Positions 19,706 through 29,939 of a DNA stretch of 64,000 bases are shown here, piece after piece. The notes below the pieces were generated by a model, which saw nothing but the letters and a program-made list of their open reading frames with translations, was not told the origin of the DNA and did not search any database. Both the position numbers and the translations under genes were made by a program. Numbering within the stretch: the first letter of the stretch is position 1; every line of letters starts with the position of its first letter. The DNA lies in sequence record SRR20825006_597; one strand, given 5' to 3'.

Positions 19706-20425
19706 CTACGGCAGCCTCATCAGCCGGCCGACCAACGCTGGCAATGCCGTTTCCACGCGTAAGATTCTTGCTCCGAAACGGTGACAGGCAAATCCCTGTC
19801 GCTGCAGCATATCCACTTCATAATCCGTCCAGCCTCCCTCCGGGCCCACGGCCAGCGTGACTGGCTCGCTCAGGTCACAGGGAAGGGCGGGGTAATCATC
19901 CCCTGGGTGAGCAAGGATGCGCTGGCCGGTACCGGCCCATTTACCCAGCGAATCTTCCACAAAGGGTTTAAAGCGGGGGGCCAGAATCAGCTCTGGCAAC
20001 CGGGTGTCGCGTGCCTGCTCAAGACCGAGAATCATCTTCTCGCGAAGCAGGTCGGCTTTCAGGTTGGGGGTTTGCCAGTAGCTCTTGTCCACCTTCCAGC
20101 TGTTGATCAGCACAATGCGTTTGATGCCCAGACTGGTGGCGTCGATCAAGATTCGCTTGAGCATTTTGGGGCGAGGTAACGCCATCAACAAGGATAACGG
20201 CAGGGGAGACTCTGGCTGAGATTCTTCTTTAAAATAAACCGTTATTTCATTGTTTATTATGGATTTTATGGTGGCCGTTCCCGTGCCGCCACCCAGCAAT
20301 CCTGCTCGGCATTGAGCCCCCTCCGCCAGGTTAAGCACGGTGCGCACATGGGTGCACTGGCGGGGATTCAGGCGCCAGAGGGCGTCGTGCAGGTATTGGT
20401 CGGGGTGCAGCAGGAGCAAATTCAT
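19706..20425 (-). CDS. rsmE: 16S rRNA m3U1498 methyltransferase RsmE family
   Basis: SPOUT motifs LAVGPEGGW and RILRVETA. Confidence 0.82.
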   Translation of the reverse strand: MNLLLLHPDQYLHDALWRLNPRQCTHVRTVLNLAEGAQCRAGLLGGGTGTATIKSIINNEITVYFKEESQPESPLPLSLLMALPRPKMLKRILIDATSLGIKRIVLINSWKVDKSYWQTPNLKADLLREKMILGLEQARDTRLPELILAPRFKPFVEDSLGKWAGTGQRILAHPGDDYPALPCDLSEPVTLAVGPEGGWTDYEVDMLQRQGFACHRFGARILRVETALPALVGRLMRLP

Positions 20426-20628
20426 GGCGCGGATTATGGCACACAGCGTAGCCCCTAGAACAAAGGTTTACAGGTCAGGCCGATTGCGCCACAAGCAGGA
20501 TTGACAGCAATCTGTTGACGCAAATCACTGTTTCCTTGGCTATTATGGCCCTTTGCCCGGCGGCACTGGATTGCTAGAGTGTGCCGCCTGATCACCCGTT
20601 CGATTAACTGTTCAGTTTGGAGAATTTC

Positions 20629-21471
20629 ATGCAGTTTCAGGGTACTGACCAATATGTGGCCACAGATGACCTGAAAATGGCCGTGAATGCAGCCATTGCC
20701 CTCAAGCGCCCGCTGCTTATCAAAGGCGAGCCCGGTACCGGCAAAACGCTGCTGGCCGAACAGGTTGCTGAATCCCTGGGTCTGCCACTGCTGTCGTGGA
20801 ATGTGAAGTCCACCACCAAGGCTCAGCAAGGCCTGTATGAATACGATGCAGTATCGCGTCTGCGTGATTCCCAGCTCGGCGCCGAAGGGGTTGAGGATGT
20901 GTCCAACTACCTGAAGAAGGGCAAGCTCTGGGAAGCCTTTACCCATGAGGGTCAGGTGGTGCTGCTGATTGACGAAGTCGACAAAGCCGATATCGAATTC
21001 CCCAACGACCTGCTCCAGGAGCTGGATCGGATGGAATTCTTCGTTTATGAAACCGGCGAACTGATCAAGGCGCAACAGCGCCCGATCGTGATCATTACGT
21101 CCAACAATGAGAAAGAGCTGCCGGACGCCTTCCTGCGCCGCTGCTTCTTCCATTACATTAACTTCCCCGATGCGGCCACCATGCAGGCCATCGTGGATGT
21201 GCATTTCCCCGAGATCAAAAAGAACCTGGTGAGCGAAGCGCTGGAAATCTTCTTTGACCTGCGCAAGGTGCCGGGCCTGAAGAAGAAACCGTCCACCAGT
21301 GAGCTGATCGATTGGCTCAAGCTGTTGATGGCCGACGATATCCCGGAAGACATCCTGCGTAGCCGCGACACCAAGAGTGCAGTGCCTCCCCTGTACGGTG
21401 CGCTGCTCAAGAACGAATCCGATGTGCAGCTTCTCGAGCGTCTGGCGTTCATGAATCGCCGCGAAAGCTAA
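20629..21471 (+). CDS. MoxR family AAA+ ATPase
   Basis: Motifs GEPGTGKT, LLIDEVDKA and TSNNEKELPDAFLRRC. Confidence 0.9.
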   Translation: MQFQGTDQYVATDDLKMAVNAAIALKRPLLIKGEPGTGKTLLAEQVAESLGLPLLSWNVKSTTKAQQGLYEYDAVSRLRDSQLGAEGVEDVSNYLKKGKLWEAFTHEGQVVLLIDEVDKADIEFPNDLLQELDRMEFFVYETGELIKAQQRPIVIITSNNEKELPDAFLRRCFFHYINFPDAATMQAIVDVHFPEIKKNLVSEALEIFFDLRKVPGLKKKPSTSELIDWLKLLMADDIPEDILRSRDTKSAVPPLYGALLKNESDVQLLERLAFMNRRES

Positions 21472-21489
21472 CCGGTCCACGGGCAAACT

Positions 21490-22668
21490 ATGCTTATTGG
21501 TTTTTTCGAAAATCTGCGTCGCTATCGGGTGCCCGTCACCCTGCGCGAACTGCTGGATTTATTCGATGCACTGCATGCGCATGTGGCGTTTGGCTCCATT
21601 GAGGATTTCTACCTCCTGAGCCGGGCGGTCATGGTGAAAGACGAAAAATACTATGACCGCTTTGATCAGGCGTTTGCCAACTATTTTGAAGGCCTGGAAA
21701 ACCTGGAGCCGGACTGGCTCAACAAGGTAATCCCGGACGAGTGGTTGCGTAAAGAGCTGGAAAAGAACCTGAGTCCGGAGGAGTTCGAGAAACTCAAGGG
21801 GCTCGGCAGCCTGGAAAAAATCATGGACGAGCTACGCAAGCGGCTCGAAGAACAGGAAAAACGCCACCAGGGTGGCAACAAGTGGGTTGGCACCGGTGGC
21901 ACCAGCCCGTTCGGTGGTTACGGCGAAAACCCCGAAGGGGTGCGCATGACCGGGCCTTCACGGAACAAGAAAGCCGTGAAAGTCTGGGAGAAGCGGGAAT
22001 TCCGTAATCTGGATGATTCCGTGGAGCTGGGCACCCGTAACATCAAGCTGGCCATGCGTCGGCTGCGAAAATTTGCCCGCACCGGCCGCGATGAAGAACT
22101 GGACATGGACGACACTATTTCGTCCACTGCCCGCAATGCCGGGCTGCTCGATATCAAGATGCGCCCGGAAAAGGAAAACCGCGTCAAAGTACTGATCTTC
22201 TTTGATATCGGTGGCTCCATGGACCCCTATGTGAAGCTGTGCGAAGAGCTGTTCTCCGCTGCCCGGGCAGAGTTCAAACACATGGAGTATTTCTACTTCC
22301 ACAACTTCATCTATGAGTATGTCTGGAAAGATAATCGCCGTCGCTGGGATGAGAAAATCTCCACTTGGGACGTGCTGCACAAGTATGGCAGCGACTACAA
22401 GGTGATCTTCGTGGGCGACGCCGCCATGAGCCCCTATGAGGTCAACTCGGTGGGCGGCAGTGTGGAGCACTGGAACGAAGAGGCCGGCGCTGTGTGGTTT
22501 CAGCGAGTCACCGACACCTACGAAAAAGTGGTGTGGCTGAATCCGGAACCGGAGCGCGCCTGGCAAATGACCACCTCTACGCAGTGGATCAAACAGCTCT
22601 GCGAACACCATATGTTCCCGCTGACCATCGAGGGGCTTGAGAAAGCCATGCGGCAACTGAGCAAATAA
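21490..22668 (+). CDS. VWA-domain (CoxE-like) protein, MoxR partner
   Basis: Motifs GGNKWVGTGGTSPFG, MIDAS-like DIGGSM, YFHN and FVGDA. Confidence 0.87.
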   Translation: MLIGFFENLRRYRVPVTLRELLDLFDALHAHVAFGSIEDFYLLSRAVMVKDEKYYDRFDQAFANYFEGLENLEPDWLNKVIPDEWLRKELEKNLSPEEFEKLKGLGSLEKIMDELRKRLEEQEKRHQGGNKWVGTGGTSPFGGYGENPEGVRMTGPSRNKKAVKVWEKREFRNLDDSVELGTRNIKLAMRRLRKFARTGRDEELDMDDTISSTARNAGLLDIKMRPEKENRVKVLIFFDIGGSMDPYVKLCEELFSAARAEFKHMEYFYFHNFIYEYVWKDNRRRWDEKISTWDVLHKYGSDYKVIFVGDAAMSPYEVNSVGGSVEHWNEEAGAVWFQRVTDTYEKVVWLNPEPERAWQMTTSTQWIKQLCEHHMFPLTIEGLEKAMRQLSK

Positions 22669-22682
22669 AGACTTAATGATAT

Positions 22683-22708
22683 CCCGGGTGGCGAAAGGCC
22701 AGCCCGGG
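22683..22708 (+). terminator. Hairpin after the VWA gene
   Basis: cccgggtggc-gaaa-ggccagcccggg, with a weak pyrimidine tail. Confidence 0.4.
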
Positions 22709-22968
22709 GCATCTCTTCCTGTACCCTTCCAGCTTGTTGTCGCCCTTGGCTATATCCAATGCAGTTAGTTTCATTCCACCCGTCAAATTTTTACCTTTTA
22801 TGCACCAATAAACAGCACGCTTAGTGGTTGTCGCGCTGACAGTTCCGTATCCTGCGCGCCTTCCACGCATCGCCATACCGATTTATCCCGCCCACAAGGC
22901 AGGGCAGCGGAAAAGGCGCTGCCACATTGAGCGCCCACCGTGATCCGGTGGACCTTCAGGAGATCGTC

Positions 22969-24177
22969 ATGTCCAGGGTGAAAACCACCGCCTGGATGAC
23001 TGCTTTCAGCCTTGCCGCCCTTAGCAGCGCCGCCCATGGGGATAGCACCCAGGCTGAAATTCGTCGTCTGCAATCCGAGCTAGACCAGCTCAAATCCCGT
23101 CTCGGCGATGAGCCGACTGATTCCGCGCTGAACTGGCCCAGCTTGAAAGTATTCGGCAGCGTCAGCGTCGATGCCATCTATGATGACAAGGATGCCGGCT
23201 TTGACGAACTACTGATCCCCAGCACGATTCCCGGTGGCGACACGGATCAGCAGAATTTCGTCATGAGTGCCAAGAACAGCCGCTTTGGCTTTCAGGTGGG
23301 AGAGGGTAGCGGCCCGCACATGGTCTTTGCGATGGACCTGTTTGGCAGCCTGGACAGCTATGAGCTGCGCATCCGTGATTTTTATGTCGAAAACGGTCCG
23401 TGGCGCGCCGGCTACGGTTTTACGGCCCTGCTGGATGGTGCGGCCTGGCCGCTAACCCTGGATGCACAAGGTCCTAATAGCGCCATCTTCGCGCGGCAAA
23501 CCGGAGTACGGTGGCAGGGCGACCACCTGACCCTGGCCTTTGAAGATCCCAACAGTGAAATTTACGACCCCGCTAACATGACCAGTGCTGCCGGCCGCAG
23601 GCCTGATGCCATCGCCACCTGGAAACAAGCGTTTTCTGCAGGCCACGTTAAGGTCGGGATCGTGAACCGGGAGATTGGGGTGGAATTCACCGACGGTGAC
23701 CAACAGTTTACCGACGCAACCGGCGGCGTGATTAGCACGGCCCTGGCGATGACAGACACGGTAACGCTGTTTGCCAGCGCCAGTTATGGCCAGGCCATGG
23801 CGCATTATTACAACGACCTATCCGGTTTCGGCGACAGCGGGATGGACGGTTTTGTCTATGCCGGCCGGGATCTACAGCCTTTGTTGGCTCAAGGCGGCTA
23901 CCTGGGGTCGCGATGGAAGCTGAGTCCAGCATGGACCCTGGGTATGGTGGCAGGGGAGGTCTCGATTGAAGGTGACTCCGCCTTGCCCGCAGCAGCCATG
24001 CGCCGCACCCGCTATGGCACGCTCACTGCGGTTCGCCAGCACACATCATCACTAAGCTATGGGGCCGAACTATCCTACGGCTTGCGTGACAACCAGGGAG
24101 GCGATCGCAGCGAAGCTCCACGGATTCAGTTGAATATGACGTACCGTTTTGAGCATAGCAGCCAGCCGCCTCGGTAA
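22969..24177 (+). CDS. DcaP-family trimeric outer-membrane channel
   Basis: Signal peptide, short N-terminal coiled coil (QAEIRRLQSELDQLKSRL), SAKNSRFGF and a beta-strand-rich body. RBS CAGGAG. Confidence 0.78.
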   Translation: MSRVKTTAWMTAFSLAALSSAAHGDSTQAEIRRLQSELDQLKSRLGDEPTDSALNWPSLKVFGSVSVDAIYDDKDAGFDELLIPSTIPGGDTDQQNFVMSAKNSRFGFQVGEGSGPHMVFAMDLFGSLDSYELRIRDFYVENGPWRAGYGFTALLDGAAWPLTLDAQGPNSAIFARQTGVRWQGDHLTLAFEDPNSEIYDPANMTSAAGRRPDAIATWKQAFSAGHVKVGIVNREIGVEFTDGDQQFTDATGGVISTALAMTDTVTLFASASYGQAMAHYYNDLSGFGDSGMDGFVYAGRDLQPLLAQGGYLGSRWKLSPAWTLGMVAGEVSIEGDSALPAAAMRRTRYGTLTAVRQHTSSLSYGAELSYGLRDNQGGDRSEAPRIQLNMTYRFEHSSQPPR

Positions 24178-24191
24178 TCTTTCGGGATATG

Positions 24192-24225
24192 AGTGAGGCT
24201 CAACGAGTTAACGTTGAGCCTCACT
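24192..24225. terminator. Perfect 14-bp inverted repeat between convergent dcaP-like and czcA genes
   Basis: AGTGAGGCTCAACG-AGTTAA-CGTTGAGCCTCACT. Confidence 0.6.
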
Positions 24226-24228
24226 GCA

Positions 24229-27200
24229 TCAGGACTGCGGATCTTTTCGGTCTCTGCTGTGCAGCCAATGATAGAGCACAGGCAGAACAAGAAGCGTCAA
24301 TAGGGTCGAGGAAATAATCCCTCCGATAACCACTGTCGCGAGCGGTCGCTGGACCTCTGCCCCCGTCCCGGTGTTCAGCGCCATGGGCACAAAGCCAAGG
24401 CTGGCAACCAAGGCAGTCATAAGGACCGGGCGTAACCGGATCAGTGCGCCGTCAATGACGGCATGCCGGAGGTCGCCTGTCCTGTGCCAGAGGTCACGAA
24501 TGAAGGTTACCATGACCAGGCCGTTCAGCACTGCCACACCAGACAGGGCAACAAACCCCACACCAGCGGAAATAGAAAGTGGCATCGAGCGAATCCACAG
24601 AGCAAGGACACCCCCCGTCAGCGCCAGAGGAACACCGGTAAAAATGATTACCGAATCCCTCACAGAACCAAAAGCCATTATCAGCAAGCAAAATATGACG
24701 GCCAAGGTTACCGGCACGACCAGTGACAGACGCTGACTGGCTGACTCCAATTGTTCGAAGGTACCGCCAAAATCCAGCCAGTAGCCACTGGGTAAATCGA
24801 CTCGCTGGGTGATGCGCTGCTGCACGGCTTCAACAAAACTGCCCAGATCCCGGTCGCGCACATTGGCGGTGACAACGACTCGGCGTTTACCGTTTTCCCG
24901 GCTAATTTGTGCCGGGGCCGGTTTGATCTCCAGCCGTGCGACTTCATTTAGCGGAATGTAACCGCCCCTAGGTAGTGGCACGGGAAGCAACTGCAGACGG
25001 TCCACGTCCTGGCGTAGTGATTCGGGCAACCGCACCATCAGCTTGAAGCGCCGATCCCCTTCATAAATCAGCCCCACTTGTTCGCCACCAATGCCACCCG
25101 CGATCAGGTGTTGAACCTCATCTACGGTAATGCCATAACGACCGAGTGCTTCACGATCAGGCACGACCGTCAGCATGGGTTGTCCGGTCACCTGTTCCAC
25201 GCGTACATCGGCTGCCCCGGGCAGCGATTGCACCTGCTCCATGATGGCATTGGCGGTTTCGCGCAGGGTATCCAGATCGTCACCAAAAACCTTAATGCCA
25301 AGATCCGCTCGCACACCGGAAATCAGTTCGTTAAAACGCATTTCGATGGGTTGGGTAAACTCGAAGTTATTGCCGGGCACCTCCAGCACTGCGCTGGACA
25401 ATTCCTCGATCAGCGCCTCTTTGCTTTTCGATGGGTCCGGCCACTGATCTCTGGGTTTCAGTATCAGAAAATTATCGGACACGTTAGGTGGCATCGGGTC
25501 GTTAGCGACTTCCGGGGTGCCGATCCGTGAAACCAGTTTGTCGATTTCTTCGATATGCTTTAAACGCTCATCGAGCATGATCTGCATATCCACCGATTGT
25601 TCGATGCCGGTTCCAGGTATGCGAAGGGCATGCATGGCAATGTCGCCTTCGTCCAGTTGCGGAATAAACTCCGAGCCCAGTGTGGTCATCAGCCACCCAC
25701 ACAGCAGCACCAGAACTACTGCTGCAGCGACCACTAGCTTGCGCAACACCAGGGCCTTTTCCAGCAAGGGCCGGTACAGGGATTTGGCGGAACGAATGAT
25801 GGGGCTCTCTTTCTCGCTGATCTTGCCACCCATGAAAGTGGCAACCGCAGCCGGGACCACAGTAAGTGAAAACAGCATGGCGGCAAGTAGCGCCATCATC
25901 ACCGTGGCCGCCATGGGGTGAAACATTTTCCCTTCCACGCCAGTAAGACTGAAGATCGGGATGTACACCATGGTAATAATGGCCACCCCAAACAGGCTGG
26001 GGCGAATTACCTCAGTGGTGGCCTCATAGACCAGCTGAATCCGCTCACCTAATGGCAGGACACCTTTGCTTTTGCCCTGAGCTTCCGACAAGCGTCGAAT
26101 ACAGTTTTCCACGATGATCACCGCGCCATCCACAATCAGGCCAAAGTCCAGCGCGCCCAGACTCATCAGGTTGGCTGACACGCCGGTTTTGACCATACCG
26201 CTAATGGTGGCGAGCATGGATAGCGGGATTACCGCCGCGGTAATCAGGGCTGCCCGAAAATTGCCCAACAGCAAAAACAGCACGGTGATAACCAGCAGCG
26301 CGCCTTCAATCAGGTTGGTTCGAACGGTGGCAATGGTTTTTTCAACCAGGGTGGTGCGGTTATACACTGCCTCCAGCTTGATGCCGTCGGGCAGGGAAGG
26401 TTTGACCGCCTCCAGTCGTTTGGCCACGTCCCGAGCAACCTGATTGGAGTTTTCTCCCATCAGCATCATCACCGTGCCAAGCACGGTTTCACGACCATCA
26501 CGGGTCGATGCCCCGGTGCGCAGTTCTTTACCTATCGCTACAGAGGCCACATCCCTCACTTTTACGGGGGTGCCGTCATGCACAGTGATAACCACATTTT
26601 CAATGTCGCTAAGGGTTTTCAGTTGCCCCGGTGTCCTCACCAGTAGCTGTTGACCATTGCGTTCTATGTAACCCGCACCACGGTTACTGTTATTTCGCTT
26701 CAGCGAGGTAGCGAGCTGCTCGAGCGTAATACCGAACTGAAGCAGCCGTGTTGGGGAAGGAAGGACATGGTATTGTTTGTCGTACCCGCCAATACCATTT
26801 ACTTCTGCCACCCCTCTGACCTGGGCCAGTTGCGGCTTGATGATCCAGTCCTGGATTTCCCGCAGCGCTACCGCATCATACTCACTGCCATCTGCCTGGC
26901 GAGCACCAGGCTCCGCCTCTACGGTGTAGAGAAAGATTTCGCCCAATCCGGTGGCCATTGGCCCCATTCTTGGTTCAAGTTCTGCGGGAAGCGCACCTTT
27001 GATTGCACTTAGCCTTTCATTAACCAGATTACGGGCGAAGTAAATATCCGTGCCTTCCTCGAATACGACCGTGACCTGGGACAAGCCGTATCGGGAGATA
27101 GAACGGGTGTAATCCAGATTCGGCAAACCGTACAGGGCGGTTTCTACCGGGAAAGTGACCCTTTGTTCCGCTTCAAGGGGGGAGTAACCCGGTGCTTCGG

Positions 27201-27351
27201 TATTGATTTGTACCTGTACATTGGTGATGTCAGGGACTGCATCAATAGGCAGCCGCTGATAACTCCACGTGCCCAAACCGACTAACCCAAGGATCAGCGT
27301 CAGCACTAGAATGCGCCTCTCAATGGAGAAGCGAACGATGGCATCTATCAT
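24229..27351 (-). CDS. czcA: CusA/CzcA family heavy-metal RND transporter
   Basis: Motifs LPIDAVPDITNVQVQINT, MSLGALDFGLIVDGAVIIVEN and RLRPVLMTA. Confidence 0.92.
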   Translation of the reverse strand: MIDAIVRFSIERRILVLTLILGLVGLGTWSYQRLPIDAVPDITNVQVQINTEAPGYSPLEAEQRVTFPVETALYGLPNLDYTRSISRYGLSQVTVVFEEGTDIYFARNLVNERLSAIKGALPAELEPRMGPMATGLGEIFLYTVEAEPGARQADGSEYDAVALREIQDWIIKPQLAQVRGVAEVNGIGGYDKQYHVLPSPTRLLQFGITLEQLATSLKRNNSNRGAGYIERNGQQLLVRTPGQLKTLSDIENVVITVHDGTPVKVRDVASVAIGKELRTGASTRDGRETVLGTVMMLMGENSNQVARDVAKRLEAVKPSLPDGIKLEAVYNRTTLVEKTIATVRTNLIEGALLVITVLFLLLGNFRAALITAAVIPLSMLATISGMVKTGVSANLMSLGALDFGLIVDGAVIIVENCIRRLSEAQGKSKGVLPLGERIQLVYEATTEVIRPSLFGVAIITMVYIPIFSLTGVEGKMFHPMAATVMMALLAAMLFSLTVVPAAVATFMGGKISEKESPIIRSAKSLYRPLLEKALVLRKLVVAAAVVLVLLCGWLMTTLGSEFIPQLDEGDIAMHALRIPGTGIEQSVDMQIMLDERLKHIEEIDKLVSRIGTPEVANDPMPPNVSDNFLILKPRDQWPDPSKSKEALIEELSSAVLEVPGNNFEFTQPIEMRFNELISGVRADLGIKVFGDDLDTLRETANAIMEQVQSLPGAADVRVEQVTGQPMLTVVPDREALGRYGITVDEVQHLIAGGIGGEQVGLIYEGDRRFKLMVRLPESLRQDVDRLQLLPVPLPRGGYIPLNEVARLEIKPAPAQISRENGKRRVVVTANVRDRDLGSFVEAVQQRITQRVDLPSGYWLDFGGTFEQLESASQRLSLVVPVTLAVIFCLLIMAFGSVRDSVIIFTGVPLALTGGVLALWIRSMPLSISAGVGFVALSGVAVLNGLVMVTFIRDLWHRTGDLRHAVIDGALIRLRPVLMTALVASLGFVPMALNTGTGAEVQRPLATVVIGGIISSTLLTLLVLPVLYHWLHSRDRKDPQS

Positions 27352-27363
27352 TCGGTTTTCTCC

Positions 27364-28599
27364 TTAGTGGTGATGCGCCGCGCCGGCTTTGAGGATGTCG
27401 GCTTTAATCAAGTAGCTGTTTTTTACTACGTATCGATCCCCGGCTTTAATGCCATCCAGTACTTCGCTGTACTGATTATCCCGGCGACCCAGAGTGACAG
27501 CCCGGCTTTCGTAGGCTTCCCCGCTATTGATAAATACAACGGTTTTGCCCTCCATTTCTTGCAGGGCATGGTTGTCCACACGCAGTGAAACTGTGTCACT
27601 AGCGGTGATGATGTCAGCTTCAACCAGATCTCCCGGGGCCAAACGGCCGTCTGTGTTAGTCACTGGGGCTCGAGCAACCATAGTCGCTACAGCACCGGTT
27701 TCGGCCGCTGGGACCAGGCTTTTTATCTGGCTTTGCCATTGGTCGTCGCCAAGATGCAGGGTGACGGCTTGCCCTTTCTTTACGGCTCTACGCTGCTGGG
27801 GAAACAGTGTGAGTTCAGCCCACAGAGATTCACTATTAATAAGACTAAACAAGGGGTGTTGACCTGCCACTTCGCCAGCGTTGGCATGACGCTGCTGAAC
27901 AACACCACTGAACGGGGCGCGAATACGATAAGCTCGCAGGCTGTCGTTGGATTCAACCACCGCGAGCGTGTCGCCTTTGTTAACAACGTCGCCGACAGAG
28001 GCGCTCATTGACGTGATTAGCCCGGGGAAACGGGCCCGTAAATCAGCTCTATGCTCAGGAGGAATAACCAGACGCCCGTAGGCTTGGGTTTGTGTGGCTA
28101 TGGCACCGCCGCGAGCTTTCTCGGTGGTGATGCCTGCGCGCTTTGCAGCGCCAGCAGAAATGATCGCGCGCCCCTCGTAGGATGCCCATTGCCATTGATG
28201 GTGCTCGAGCTCTCCATCAATCGTCAGCTCGATGCTGATATCGAAGGAGTGGGGCGGCTGTATCTTTTGCTCTCCTTGCCAGTGATCACCGTCATGCTGA
28301 AATGTGACGACTTTCTGCTCCCCATCCAGGCGAGTGAGGGTTGCGGAGAGGGTGAGATCATCCAGCGGTTCGTCGTGACGGGTTACCCATGCCAGCAAGG
28401 AAGCCAAGCCGTCCTCTTCTTTCTTGAGTATTTCAACAATGATGTCCTGTTTTTTTAGTAAATGCCCCCCGTTGGGTCCGGCCGTTTCTTGTTCATGCGA
28501 ACCATGATCATGTTCCCCGTGCCCGTGGCCTCCACTAGCTGCTGCCAACGGTGAAAGCATCAGGAGATAAAGCGCAAAAAGGATAGTTAGTATTTTCAT
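27364..28599 (-). CDS. czcB: Heavy-metal RND periplasmic adaptor
   Basis: His-rich N-terminus GHGHGEHDHGSH, lipoyl-like IRAPFSGVV and C-terminal KAGAAHHH. Confidence 0.88.
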   Translation of the reverse strand: MKILTILFALYLLMLSPLAAASGGHGHGEHDHGSHEQETAGPNGGHLLKKQDIIVEILKKEEDGLASLLAWVTRHDEPLDDLTLSATLTRLDGEQKVVTFQHDGDHWQGEQKIQPPHSFDISIELTIDGELEHHQWQWASYEGRAIISAGAAKRAGITTEKARGGAIATQTQAYGRLVIPPEHRADLRARFPGLITSMSASVGDVVNKGDTLAVVESNDSLRAYRIRAPFSGVVQQRHANAGEVAGQHPLFSLINSESLWAELTLFPQQRRAVKKGQAVTLHLGDDQWQSQIKSLVPAAETGAVATMVARAPVTNTDGRLAPGDLVEADIITASDTVSLRVDNHALQEMEGKTVVFINSGEAYESRAVTLGRRDNQYSEVLDGIKAGDRYVVKNSYLIKADILKAGAAHHH

Positions 28600-29894
28600 T
28601 GGGAAATCTCCTGTTCGTCAGCCTGGGAAAACGGCAGGCCGGTGAGGCGCTCCAGTTCGTTTCGTTGCAAGTGAAACTGTGCGGCAAGGTTAATGGCCCG
28701 GCGCTCCAGATTGAGTTGTTCCTGTTGGGCATCGACCAGCTCAAGCAGGCTGTACCGGCCAGAGCGGTAACCTTTTTCGATATCCGCGTACAGTTGCCTG
28801 GCCAGGGGCAGGGCCTGATCTTCAATCAGCCCGAGCTCCTCACGTAACAGGTTCAATGAGCGATAGAGGGTGTCCAGGGCTGCTACCAATTCAATACGGC
28901 GAGCCTGCAGCAGGGCCTCACTGGCGGCCAGTTGCGACTCAGCACGAGCGATATTTCCACGATTGGGATTGTTCAGATTGAGTGGGACAGAAAGTCCCAG
29001 CACCAGGGTATTGTTGTCCTCCACGCGATCATGCCGAGCGCCAACAGAAACGGTGACGTCACGGCTGCCCCGGGCAGTGGCAAGACGGCTCTGGGCCGCA
29101 TGCAAACGCGTTTCGCTCGCCAGCTGTAACAATTGCGGAGCCTGCTCAAGCTGATCCAGGATTTGATTCCGTGCGGGAAGTTCAGGGAGCGGCCTCAGTG
29201 AGGATGCGGGGTGCAGTTGATCTGCCCCCTGCTGGCCCCAGAGTGCAGCCAGTTGCTGGCTGGCGCGCCCGCGCTCCATATCGGCACGGCGGCGAGCAAT
29301 ATCTGCATGCCGGCTGGCGAGGGTCATTCGCGTCAATTCAGCCTTCGGGGCGGCCCCCGCATTAACGCTGCGGCGGGTTGCCTGTTCCGCTTTTTCGGCC
29401 AACCGGAGAGTGCGTTCTGCCAGTGCCAGTTCTTCTTCAAAGCGGGCCAGCGTGATGTAACGAGTCACCGCTTCGCCCAATACATCAAGTCGTGCGATGG
29501 CGTAACCTTGTCGTTCCGTATCCAAAATTCGGTGAGCGACGTCGCTACGAGAGTCTCGCTTGTTTCCCAGTTCAATTAACTGACTGAGGGCAACCGTGAT
29601 CTGCGCACCATCAACACCGTTTAGCGGTGCGTCACCGGCTATATTTTCTATCTCAACGGACAGTTCTGGTTGCGGGCCAAGACTGGACTGAATTACAGCC
29701 GCATCGGCTGCTCTGAGCCGATAGGGATAAACGGCAAGTGCAGGGTTTTGCTCGATGGCGCGGCTAAGTACTTCTTGCAGGGTAATCTCGGTGCCTGTCG
29801 GCACGGATGCATTACTCGCGATGAGATTGCCTGACGCGAACAGGCACAGCAGGGACGACGCAACAAGGCGCCAGCCGGGAATTCGGCTTTTCAT
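28596..29894 (-). CDS. czcC: TolC-family outer-membrane factor
   Basis: Signal peptide, EVLSRAIEQNP, GYRSGRYSLLELVDAQ and first position in the CBA order. Confidence 0.87.
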   Translation of the reverse strand: MKSRIPGWRLVASSLLCLFASGNLIASNASVPTGTEITLQEVLSRAIEQNPALAVYPYRLRAADAAVIQSSLGPQPELSVEIENIAGDAPLNGVDGAQITVALSQLIELGNKRDSRSDVAHRILDTERQGYAIARLDVLGEAVTRYITLARFEEELALAERTLRLAEKAEQATRRSVNAGAAPKAELTRMTLASRHADIARRRADMERGRASQQLAALWGQQGADQLHPASSLRPLPELPARNQILDQLEQAPQLLQLASETRLHAAQSRLATARGSRDVTVSVGARHDRVEDNNTLVLGLSVPLNLNNPNRGNIARAESQLAASEALLQARRIELVAALDTLYRSLNLLREELGLIEDQALPLARQLYADIEKGYRSGRYSLLELVDAQQEQLNLERRAINLAAQFHLQRNELERLTGLPFSQADEQEISQ

Positions 29895-29939
29895 CAAAAT
29901 CTCCCAATAACGGATTGCGGCGAATCTCGCCGACGAAAA

